This document shows positions 28,227 through 40,100 of a stretch of DNA of 64,000 nucleotides, piece by piece. Positions within the stretch are counted from its first letter, which is position 1. Each line of letters starts with the position of its first letter. The position numbers and the translations under genes are program-made. The notes beneath the pieces were generated by a model. It was not told the DNA's origin and made no database searches. It was given only the letters and a program-made list of their open reading frames with translations. This DNA is from Pocillopora damicornis (lineage: Eukaryota): NCBI RefSeq assembly GCF_003704095.1, contig NW_020847337.1, positions 1 to 64,000 of the forward strand, given 5' to 3'.

Positions 28227-29088
28227 CATTTCTTGCTGCTCTCATGAAAAGAAGGAAAATGTCTGACTCAAAAGTTCACTGTACTTGTTGAGATCGTGCT
28301 GATTAAAGATGCACCTTGATCCCACATGTTAAACCAATTTACCGTTCTCTGTGTGTGTGTTTACTTTTCTCTTGTGCCTTTTCATTTCGAGACGTAAACC
28401 CCTTCAATATTTTTGAAAAATTCTTTTCTTCCCCTTCAACGCGATTTGACCACGCGCTTTCCTTGAAAATTGTCTTTCCGTGATAGTCTTGTAGTTCCTA
28501 AATGAATATCTCCAAAGCCTTGCGTAGACCTTAAAAGGAAAGTCTTTTTGATCGGTAAGTTAGCTACTGCTAGCCTGTGAGACAGCTTTAAGAACTTTTG
28601 GTTTTTAAAAACGAACAACGGTTTACTTGCAATTGGTTGTTAGAAACGAGCGACGCTTCTAGAGTCGTTACCGTAACATATAGACAATACTGTTGTCTCG
28701 GTGTACACTGATTTGATGTAATTGTGGTCATGTATTTCAATTCACACCACACAGTCAAATTCTTCATGGTCTCCAACGAAGGTCGCGTTCGATATGAACC
28801 TTTGGTTCTTTTCGATTCGATTTCTTTCATGGAACTCAGGCAAACCGACATTGAGATTGTTGTGGAAAATGAACACCGCTATTTGAGTGATAAAGATTTC
28901 TCAGCAAATTTTAAGCGTATGAGCCTGATCTTAAATGTAAGTTTTTTCTTCTGTTAACTCACAATAAGGCCTTTCGGCGACATTACTCGGGACTTGGGGC
29001 GAAATGACTTAAGCTCATAGGAGATAGTTACTACTTCAGGCGAGATGACTTTCAGGCGACATGAGAGGTTCCGGTCAGCGGATCATAA

Positions 29089-29100
29089 TTTTGGCGGGAA
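29089..29100 (+). promoter_or_regulatory. Canonical E2F site upstream of TIPIN
   Basis: TTTTGGCGGGAA ~50 bp before the ATG, in a CpG-rich stretch. Confidence 0.6.
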
Positions 29101-29151
29101 CTATAGTAAAGGTTGTGCTTCTGACTGATCGGTTGTTCGGAAGAGAGAAAA

Positions 29152-32100
29152 ATGTCGTCTGCAGCAGCGATTTCTTCTGTGGTCGATGAATCTGCAAGAG
29201 ACGAACCTGCTCTGTCTGATGAAGATGATCCTTTTGATTTGCCACCTCCTTTACCACCGCTTTCTCCTCATCGCGACGAAGACGAAATGAACCAAAATGG
29301 CGACGCAGATGGAGATCAGCCGGATGAAGGGGAAGGAAGCAAGAAAGAGTCAAACGCGAAGCGGAAAGTAAAAAGATCGCCGAGGCCGAAGCTAGACGAA
29401 ATCAGGTAGAAAAAATACACTTAAATGAGCAAAGAGAATATATCGACTCGCCATCAAGTTCTTTGCAATTCCGCTAATAGATCAGCCCACCGTGAAATCG
29501 CAATTGACCAGGATCGAATTCTCACAGGGCTCTCGGATTATTTCATTTGACCCACGCTCTTGTAAAATGCTCATCATATTTCTTTGATATCTGAAATATT
29601 TGACAAGTATCTCAGAATAGAAATACGATACGCCGATAATTAATTGGAGCTAAGGCAATATGAAGGCATGGAGCATGAATGAATGTAGTTCAATTTTTTT
29701 CATTAACCCCTTGTAGTATCCCACTTCATATAAAGTAGAAGATTAAAGAACTGATTTTGTATAAAAAAAATTGTGAATTTTGCATTGTAGAGCTAAGGAA
29801 CTTGAAACTTGATTTTATTTGGTAATTGAATTGTCACAATTTTATTACCTTTATGTGCTGGAAGCGACCTTTTGAAGAACCCAGTATGCAGAGTATGGCA
29901 AAACTCAACAACATTTTACATGTGTAAAGACGAATCTTAGGTGTAACATGTACAGTAAGAAGGGAAATAATTGCACGCACGCCATACTCTGGAGACAGAT
30001 AAAGAACTTATACACACTGATGTATATGGCCATGGGTGACAAATACCCCATCCACACCAGCATAACATGTTTAGTTAAACTGTGTGTAACTGAATGAAAT
30101 CAGAAACAGAAAACTAATGCATTTCGGTGGGTACTGACAAGGAGAATTTTTTGAACAATCAAAGAGCTTCTTAGATTAACAATCATTTCATTTATTCTCA
30201 TGATCTTAACGAATGAGCCAGCAGTGATGCTGGAAGGCAAAACAAGATGCTGGTCACTCTTGCAGTTTAAAGGGTTATTTGTTGTTTTTGATCTAATCAT
30301 TATTGAAATCTTCTAAGTAACCTTTACCAGAGTAAACAAAACATTTTAACCTTTGTGGCTCTTACTTTTGGATTTTTATAGGAGCCTAACAAATATATAT
30401 TTTTTTTTTTGCAGGTTGTGCAGTGACCGTGGTCTTCCAGCTTTAACCCACCTTTGTGATGGAGTCAATTTCAAAGGGAAAGGTCATGAGGTACACATGA
30501 TCTGTAAACTTATGATCTGCAAGAATGGTAGAGTATTGGAGCACTGAGTGCAGAAATGCTAGGATGATTCCTCATAGGAATTTAAGTTTTTTTCTTTGTT
30601 CCATGCTTGTGAAAAGATGAATATCAATTTTCTTTGAGAAAAAACTAGTCAGTATAAACTATAAAGTGGGAGACACTGGCCAAATGGTTTGTGTGTTGAA
30701 CTTGAGGTCAAGAGGCTTAGGTTTCAGACCTTGCTGAGTCCTTATGTTCTGTTCTTAGGTCAAACCCTTTTACTTTCACAGTTCCTCTCTCTGCCCAAGA
30801 GAATAAATGGGTATCAGGGAATTGTCAGGGGGTAACCTTGCATGGACTGGCATCCCATCCAGGAGGGAGTAGTGATACTCCCAGTGGCTTCATGCTAAGG
30901 AAACTAGAATAAGTTTGAGCTGGATGAGCCACTTGGCTTGAGTACAGACTTCATCTTTTACCTTTAAACAATGAGCAAGTTTATTTTAGTCAACTTAGAG
31001 CCCTTGGTTCTTTCAGGCCTCGGATCTGAAGCTACTGTTGCAGCGTTATGAGTACTGGGCACATCGCTTGTTTCCCAAGTTTCCTTTTGCAGATGTTGTT
31101 GATCAAGTGGAAAAGTTGGGCAATAAAAAGCTAGTTCAAGTAAGAATTTATAAATATGGTCTCACTTTCCAGGATCAGAAGAAAAGTTCATCTTTATCTT
31201 GTCGTTAAATCTGCCCACATTTGAAATGGGAATATGAGGTCACAGGTCAGAGGTTGTGCTGGTATGTAACCTTAATGAATTGGAAATAGCAGCCAACCTT
31301 TAATGCAAACCACCCTCCCTCTTACCAAGTAACAATACTTACTGGTAAGTCTGTTTTTCAAATGGTACCAGGGATACTTAGATCATTAAAATTAACCAGA
31401 GTGCAAAACTGATATGATAGATTGCAGTACTTTTTTAATCTAGCCATTGAAATGTTCAGTACAAACCAATGGTATGTCTACATGCTTTTTGACTGGTGAG
31501 GTTTTCACAACTAGGGTTTTGGTGATCACAGTTATTCATAGTCTCCACACTGTTCTCTGTACAGTACTTGTGGTTCTGACAAGGAGAGTTTGTTTAACAA
31601 TCAAGAGCTGATGCTGCTGATTTATCAAAAGGAACATGTTTTGTCATTAACTGTAGAACTGTATCAAGAGAGTCAGGCGAGGTGAACATGACACAATTGA
31701 TGATGGAGGAAAATCAGATACAGAGCTTGATGCACAAGAGAGCGGTATGAGCATTATTACCTTGTACTAAACGCTTTATTCAATATTCCTCTACCAAGGA
31801 ATTAACACGTTTTGCCCAAGGACTTTTACTCAGATCGCCTTTATGGTTATAGCTCAGTCTTGTCACACAGCTCATACTCTCCTGTGTTGTGTGACAAAGC
31901 TAAATATTTGCTTCAGACAAGTCAGACATTGATTATTCTGGATGATACATAAAACTTTCTAATTATTGTCATGTTTTAATTTGTCAGTGGGAGACAAAGT
32001 GTTTGGGTGGTTAGTCCACTGGACTCTGGGGAGAGAAGTCTGGGTTCGAGACCTGGTGGGGGGGGGTTAATTATGTTTTGTTCTTCAGTGAAACACTTTA

Positions 32101-34179
32101 CTCTCCCCATGCCTCTCTCCACCCAGGACCCAGGAATATAAATGAATAGCAGTGAACTATCAGGGAAGCCTGTTGAAATGCTAGGGACTGACCTGGGAAG
32201 AAGGGGTTGGAAATAGTGATACTCAACTCTGGAAACCAGGACAAGCTTTGGCTGGATGTGCCACTTGGCTTCAGTACAAAGTTTGCCTACCTGACTATAA
32301 TTTGGATATTAAAATATTCTTTTATTATTAGTAGTATCCAGGGATGATGGAACACAGTCACAAGTTCCTGCTACTCCTGTTTCAAACAATGTATGTATAG
32401 AAGGTCAATTTGTCATCTTTTATCTCCTCCACAAGTCAAACCTTTATGCCCTAACATCAGTTTGCATATTCTCCATAATGTATTCTGTACATTACCCAAA
32501 AAGTACATTTTCCGAAGGATGAATTACAACACGTAATTAACATTTTTTTGAAACATTTTCTAATTATTTCAGGTTCAACCATTTGGTGTACAAGTTGAGC
32601 CAAGAAACGGGATGGTAAGTTAAGAATTGTTTTTCATTATGACAATTTTCCTCAGCTTTGTTTTTCAGCTGATGCACATTAGCTTAATGCAAACTTCTCA
32701 TTTTCTGCCTTAAAGGTCATTTTGACTCCTGAACAACAAGAACGGATGCGTTTGAATAGAGAAAGGGCATTGGCAAAACGCAGAGCTGCTCAGGAGAATC
32801 AGACTGCTCATGGAAACACTCAAATAAGTAAGTGTTACTCTTGAAGGGATTTCAAATCAAGTTCTGAACTACCTTATCACTCACGTGAAAAATTACTGAA
32901 TGCTGATTGGCCCAGACGGAGTGTATTTTTTCACAGACTGAGGTAATTCTGGAAAAAATTCCAAACCCTCAAAAATAGACAAACAAACAAACAAACAAAC
33001 AAGAGAAGTCTAGAATCCCAATATTTTCAACTTTTTCTTGATAAGTCACAGAATACCATACTTTTGTGGACATACCAGTGAATTTTACTACAGTTAGAAC
33101 CTTCTGGTTCAGGCACTAGAAAGTCGAAATCAAAGGCCGAAGTGGTGAATAAATGACTGAAGATGTATGAAAGTCATACATGTGAACTGCGGTTGAAGAA
33201 ACGAATATGGAAGCGATCCTTGCAGGTATTAACACTACCTTAGTAGTAGTGAAAATAAGGCCTGAAAAGAATTCAGGCCCATACGGGATTTGAACCCATG
33301 ACCTCTGTGATACCGGTGCAGCGCTCTACCAACTTAGCTAACAAACCATCTGTCATTAAGATGATTTCAAAGAAACCCTGGAATTGGTGAACCCACAAAG
33401 ACAGATACTTTTCGTGGGACAAAGAAAAAATTATAGGTCCTTAGAGGAATCGAACCTCAGACCTTTGGATTCCGCGCTCCGATGCTCTACTACTGAGCCA
33501 TAGAGACTCTATGGTGAGCGGTGTGTTGTTCAACAAAGAACAACCATAGAAAACTAAACTCATAGTGTCTTGACCTTGAATGTTGATTACATGTCGTTAT
33601 TCCCTGATAGATGACCAGACAACCGTCATCGAGGAACCCTCGCCATCTAATGAAGTTGTGGAGACTGCCAAAGACGCTGACAGCAGAGCAGGAAATGTTG
33701 GAGTGGAGAACGATTCTTCTGCGCAAGCAAATGACATTGAAATGTTTGATAATCAGGTGGACGTAACTGTAGATGTTTCGTTACCTGATGACAGAAGTTT
33801 GGAGTCAGCTGATGGCGCAGGAATGGGTTGTGAGAACAAGAATGTCAGAGAGGAAGATATTGAGATGGAAAATGCTGAAACAACAACGAATCTTGAAAAT
33901 AGCAGCGATATAGCTAAAAATCGAGAAAACTTTCCAACAGTGCAAGATACGAATGTCAGTAAAGGCATTAAAGAGAATGACTTGTCAATCTCTGTCAACA
34001 AAGGAGATGCAGATTCAGAGACTACCTTCCATGAAGACGAAACAACTTCCGCTTCATGGATGGAGGATATCCAGCGAGAAGGGGCACATGAAACACCAGA
34101 AACGCGGCCCTCAGAGCAAGGCCCCACTGAAAACGGGCTTGATGGGGATCAGAACACGGAAATGGAACCGGAATCATAG
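29152..34179 (+). CDS. TIPIN: TIMELESS-interacting protein (Swi3/Csm3 family), 8 exons, ~440 aa
   Basis: Exons 29152-29405, 30415-30490, 31017-31139, 31657-31744, 32332-32390, 32573-32614, 32716-32827, 33611-34179 (1323 nt). Swi3 domain PRPKLDEIRLCSDRGLPAL...[45 protein letters not shown], RPA32-binding-type helix LTPEQQERMRLNREKALAKR, acidic tail. Confidence 0.93.
30670..30960 (+). mobile_element. tRNA-derived SINE with CORE-like central domain (related copies at ~31990-32290 and ~59115-59690)
   Basis: A/B-box-like head (tggccaaatggt...ggtttcagacc), then tgttcttaggtcaaaccctttta...cctctctctgcccaagagaataaatgggta and ggactggcatcccatccaggagggagtagt, shared by all three copies. Confidence 0.7.
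33150..33345 (-). mobile_element. tRNA-derived SINE (second family; decayed copy at ~51230-51365)
   Basis: Reverse strand reads tagctaagttggtagagcgctgcaccggtatcacagaggtcatgggttcaaatcccg (A and B boxes), then a non-tRNA body; no proper acceptor stem. Confidence 0.7.
33410..33525 (-). mobile_element. tRNA-derived SINE fragment (third family; related copy at ~8645-8745)
   Basis: gaggaatcgaacctcagacctttggattccgcgctccgatgctctactactgagcca; the same cgctccgatgct...tgagcca core occurs at ~8710-8740. Confidence 0.6.
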
Positions 34180-37105
34180 ATTTGAATTTCTAGATGGATA
34201 TAAACGGAAATCCTCTATTATTTGTTCGTCTTAGATTAAGAATGTCCTCTGGGTTTGTCGGTGAAGCTCGAAACAGAATAGTATGTAACAGGATACCCGT
34301 ATTTGAGTAAGCTTTGTTTTTTAAAATACTTGAGTTTTTCTGTTCCCGACTTTAGGTCCTTTTACAGATATCTGTGAACGTTTCGATTTTAAGTCGCTTA
34401 TTTTGCGCAACAGCGGTTGTTTCTTATATGTTTCCTTTGAAATTTTGCGCGGGAAACTAGTGCGCGGCCGACGTTTGACCGCTCTGTTGCTCAAGACCAC
34501 GTAACATGCGCATATTCTATTCAGCAATGACCACTGGTGTAGCTACATGTCTCCGCCTTAATCTGCTTCGTGGATACTATTTCTAAAACTAATCGCTGCG
34601 ATTCACGTTCTTCCCGTGATCGAGTTACGGGGACAAAGTTATGTTGCAGGGATGATGAAAGGCATCGCCGGCCGATGTTTCTCGACCTTTTAAGAGCTTT
34701 GTTCGAAATTCCCTAAATCACATTATGCAAGGGATTTCCCCTCTCCTTCTCTAACCTTCCCACGATAGTATTTTTTACTCGCGCTTATGCCTCCGTTTTG
34801 CGTGAGAACCATCAAGTTCGTGAGACCTTCGCATCGTCAACCATGGGGGAAGTTCATTTTTGTTCATTGTAGCTGCGTAGAAAAATCGAAATATATTAGA
34901 AACCTTTAATACCACGCAAATTTCATTTCCGACAATTGTAACGTCTTAGTTGTTTGTACCGCTGTGAAATTGTTAGACAATAATAACCTCATGACTACCA
35001 ATTAAATATATGTAATTTTCTTCTACGTCTTGATTCATGCTTGGGCGTTAGTCAGGGTCGTTAATCTTTGCAGGTGTTTACTGAACGCCTTTCACCTCAA
35101 CATCATAGACGTGGGCTTTTCTCGTGGAAATTACAAGTAGAATTTGTTTAATATGCGAGTCCTTGCATTCGCAATCATTTCCTTTATTCTCAGTACCTTA
35201 ATGTTTGATTCGGGGTTGATACTGTTGGAAGAAATTAAATGGTGATCTTTCCTAAGGACTTAAGGGTTGAGAGTCGATTCCTACGTAGGTTGCCAGGCAC
35301 AGTTAGATTAGATACACCTTTTAATAAAATCTTTATTGTGTATCAGAATTCTTGAATTCTCTTCCACTCTTGTGTTTGATAATAATATTAAATATATATC
35401 AGCCCAAAGAAAGCACTTACGGTGATATTGGTCAAATATCCCCCAGTTTAAATTGAAATAAATACAAAACAGAACCCGTTAAGACTGACTCAAATTGAGG
35501 CCCTAATAAACCACGTACCATTTGCAAACAATAGTGTAACTGACAGGACATTGAAAGGGTCGAAAAGAACCCGTCAGGGGTTAATGTGAGGAAGTTTTAC
35601 GACGAGAAGAAAGATCGGAGATGACAACACCGACAGAAAAAAACAAAGATGCCGCAAGGTGACCTGTAATTTTTAGAGCTACTTGACGAAAATCCAAGTT
35701 TTCTATAGTGAGTAAGGGTGTTCTCAGTTCTTTTACATCATTGGTGGCAAATTTGTTGAAGATTATAAAGAATAGCATAGCATCTTATGGTATTTTTACA
35801 ATCTACTTAACCGGATATATGTGCCCCACGTTACAAACGCAAACCGTTAAATTGTGAAAGAAAAAAAAGACTAACTGAGCCGCTGGATACCATTAACCAC
35901 TTATTTTCTGATGTAAAAGTATTCTGGCTACTATTTCCCACTTATTTTCTGGTGTCAAAATATTCTCTGTTTCCTCATTTAGGCCCAGTAACTGACACGC
36001 TACCTGTCACACATAAGTCACGCTTCTAAAATACACGCCACGCTGCTAAAGCGCCGTTGTCATAACCACCAAAGACAAACAGTGCGACAAATTCTTCAGC
36101 AAGAACAACACAACTGAACAAGATTTTTTTGTGAAATAACCACACTTAAATGACTGTTCTCAAAGATCGTGACTTAACATCGATCGGATCTGAAAGCTCT
36201 AAGTTGTAACAATGAAAGTCTCTAGATAAATATCTTGCTTAGAAATAACTAATATCAAAAGAAAAAAGCTGGTTTTGTAACCCTGCTGACTATAATACAA
36301 CTCATTAACTATAATTATAAACTTTTCTGCAACATTCAAAGATAACCTACGCGCCTCACCCTGCGTTTTTCGCATTAATGGTGCCCTAATGATTCCAAAC
36401 ACAACTATTAGTGTTTTAATAAAGTACATTTATATACTATAGGTGACTCCCAATAACTCGAATCAGATCAGAAATACGGAGTATGAAAAAAAACAACAAC
36501 AAATGGGAAAATTTTGGACCAAAAATTACTTAACCTTACAAGTTCAATTCAAGTAAAAAACAAAATGGTGGTATTTTATATTCATTATAGAGGAAGATTT
36601 TCTTCACCAAACCAAGCAACAGATCTCACAAAATTTTGTACCGCACTTTGACAGAATTTGGAGTTATTGCGAGTAAAATTGTAAAGGACCTGAAGGGTAA
36701 AATCTTTCCGAGTTGACAGGAATTTTGATCTCTACTTGTTTTGAGTTTTTCAATGTAATAAGTTGCGATTAATCTGTACATCTAATTCAGGCAAATTAAA
36801 TTTTGGTTCAGGTTAGCGGGAGATTCGAGTTACCAGGAGTCAATTGAGGTTCAGGTCTTTAAATAGAGCTGAGCACTTTCTCACTATTTTAGTTTTAACC
36901 GAAAAATGATTGTAAATCTTCCAAAGGCAAGCCATTCCATAAAACACCAGAAAATTCTCGGGGAGGGGAAGGAATGCTCTGTCGCAAAAAATTTAGCCAA
37001 ATAATGTTACAAGCATTTGTGATAACCTTACTGAGAACGTATATTGTTTATATTGTCAACATGTTTGAAAAAAATTCTAAGGAAAAGATGAATGACCTCA
37101 TTTTG

Positions 37106-40100
37106 TTAGCGATGTTCCTCCATGGAAGGTCCCTGTGGCATCCAATTCTGATCGCCGTACCAGGAACTTATATCACGCGAGTCCTTCCTGTAATATCCGC
37201 GCTCTATGAACCACGAATCTTCGCCCTTCTGACGCTCAGTTTCACGTCCTTCTGCACGCCGGGTATACCAAGGTACATTGTTCAACCTCTGAAAGGCACG
37301 ATCGTGCGCTCGATCGAAAAACCACGACGGATCTAATGGACCTTTGTAAGGCTTGCGCTTCGTATCACAAGGAAACCAGGACTCGTATTTGTCGGTGCTT
37401 CGTTGGAAATCTCGATCTTCTGCTCGGCGCTCATACCACGGCTCAGACCGCTGATGGGTGCGACCTTTGGCGCGCTCAAATAACCAATTAGGAGGTGGAA
37501 CGGACTCAACTGTCTCGGAATCAACGGAATTGCTTACTTTGTCTTCTTGCATGTCGGTATTTCGCCTATTCTTTCTTTTCTTCCCTTTGCTTGACTGAGT
37601 GCGATACACTTCGTCGGACAAAATCGGTCCTTGAGGGGATAACTTCTTCTGAGAATTTTTTGGCAGATTAAATCTCTTTTCCAACCACTCTTCAACTGAC
37701 AACCCAATATCTTTTGGTGGAATTGGGCCTTCGGGTGAAGATGTATCTAGGGAAACTTTCCTATGATTCGCCTCTTCGTACGAATAATCAGACCTTACTT
37801 GGCCATCTTCGCCAGAAATCGGACCTTGCGGTAACTTAACATCACGCTTCACAGTATTCCTATTCCTATCCTTCCACCACCTATTATCACGTGGCCGTTT
37901 CGGCTTTTCATCGGTTCGCTTCGGTTTCTTAACGGAACTCTTCGGACCTTGTCGTGACTTCTTCTTTCCAACATCGTAAGTCGATTCTTCAGAAACTATG
38001 ACGAAGGCCGTCTCTGTGGTTTTGTCCGAATCATCCGAAGTTTTTTCCGCGCGTTTTGGTTTAACATCTCCCTTAAGCAACATTCTCAACATAAGATCCA
38101 TGTCGAACGTAAAGTTTGTAAAACCAGCAAGCGCTTTATGCTCAGGTACCACTGCTATTTCTGACTTCTTAACTTCTTCTGGCATCTTGCGTTCTTTTTT
38201 ATTTCCCTTCTTCTCAGTCTTCGAAAATATTTCTTTTGCCTGGACTCTTCCATTTTCCCAATCGCATCTTTCGGTCGATTTCTCTCTGTCTTTAGTTCTC
38301 TTGGCCTTTGCCGAGTTCAAATCACGCATGTTAAGTTCTTTTTCTTTACTATCTCCTGCGTCGTGGTGTGTTCCAGAAGTCTTTCCCTCATTGCTTCCAG
38401 CATCAAAATATGGCTTTATCAAACTCCACGGCCAATTGATCGTTTTTCCTGGCTGTTCAAGAGCTTTCTTGGGAACATCACTTAACCACTTTCCAACATC
38501 TTCTAACTTTTTCCTAAAAGACACTTCGCCATCAGTCCACGGCCAATGACCCTGTCCTTGTTGGTGTTCAATGGCACTGTTATGAACATCGGACAACCAC
38601 TTCTGAATACCCTCCAACTGCTTTTTAAAGGACCCCTCGCCATCGCTTCTTTTTCTTTTTTCCTTGGTATTTTTTGGACGTGACGCTTCTTTTTTCACGT
38701 TATCAGACCGCATCTTCCATTCTCCTTTGGAAAACTTACTCTTTGCACCTTCTCCCTTTGCCCTCCGTTTTTCTTTATCATATTCAACTTGCTCAGCGAT
38801 AACAGAGTCATATTCTTTTTTTCGCTTCCTTTTCTTCTCATCCTTTTCCACTTTGATCCTCAGTTTTTCGTTGGCCCGTTTTCCCGTTCGTTTCCTTCCC
38901 TCCTCTTTGACCTTCCAAATCTTTTCCTTGCTTTCTAAATTTTTCCTCTTACGGGGCAGCTCTTTGCTCCGTAAGTTTTCTTCCTCCTTAGCCTCAATCT
39001 CAACTTCTTTGGGTACCCTTCCATCATTTTCCACGGTCTTTCTTAAATCTTGCCCATTAGTTTTGTCTACGGATTCATTTCTTAGTTCATCTTTATCTTT
39101 TAGTTTTTTACTCTCCACTGTACGCCGAGTGTTTTCTTCCTTTTTCCTCCGCTTTTCTTTGTCGAACTTGGGTTGCTCATTGACAACAGAATCATATTCT
39201 TTTTTATGCTGCCTATCAGCTTTTTCTCGTTTCTTCCTCGCCTTTTCGTTTTGTTTCTCCTTCTCCTGTCTTTTTATGTTACGGAGCTCGTTTAACCATT
39301 TTTTATACTCTTCTTTTGCCGCTTTCTTCAAGGACTTCAGTTCTTCCTTCTGTTGCCGCAGCTTGTTCTTCTCTTGAACAATTTTGTTCCTAAGGCGCTC
39401 CACTTCCTTCTTCTTCTCTGCACTTAAAGTTTTCTCTTTAAGCTTCAATTTGTTCCTCTCTTTGGTCAACAGTTCTTTTACTTTCTCCCTAAGTTCCACT
39501 TTCTTTCTCTTCAATTTCTGCTTTTCTCTTTTCAGTGCCACAAAAAAATTGTTCATCTCTGTTCTGTTCCTTTGATGACGTTCTTTTTCGGAAGAAATCC
39601 TCTTCTTCTCTCGTTTAAGTGCCTTCCAAGAGCGCCGCAGGTTTTTCTTCTCTTTCTCCAAACGGCGCCTTTCACGCCGCATCTCTGACACCAAGCGGTC
39701 AGCCTCCTCAGCGCGCAACTTAGCCTTCTTTTCTTTCTTTTTTAACTCGCGCCGGAGAATCCTCTGTTTGCGAATCTCTTGCCCACGTAACTGCGTCAAA
39801 TTTTTCAGCTGCTGCTTCTCTTTGCTGAGGAAGTGTCCATCTGATTGAACAGAAGTTCGGTTTCCCTTTCCTCTCTTCTTCAAGTATCCACTTCGACTGT
39901 GACGTTTTCTCTTGACATTAGAGGCCTCTTCGCTTTTTTTCATAACAGATGCTTCGTATGACTTTAAAAGATGAAAACCCGCAACATTTCCTTCCGATTT
40001 TCTTGATATCTTAGTATCTTCTTTGGTTGGTATGCTAGGCGCTTCCTTAGCATAGGATTCGTCGTCGTGAATCCAATTTCCATCACTTGTACTGTCTACG

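Noticed and set aside
33270-33345. Possible tRNA gene
   Set aside because: Has A/B boxes but no pairing acceptor stem and runs into a repeat body with other decayed copies; treated as a SINE head.
37998-39575. Plus-strand Phe/Ser/Leu-rich ORFs (183, 237 and 63 aa)
   Set aside because: Antisense shadows of the Lys/Glu-rich CCPG1-like exon.
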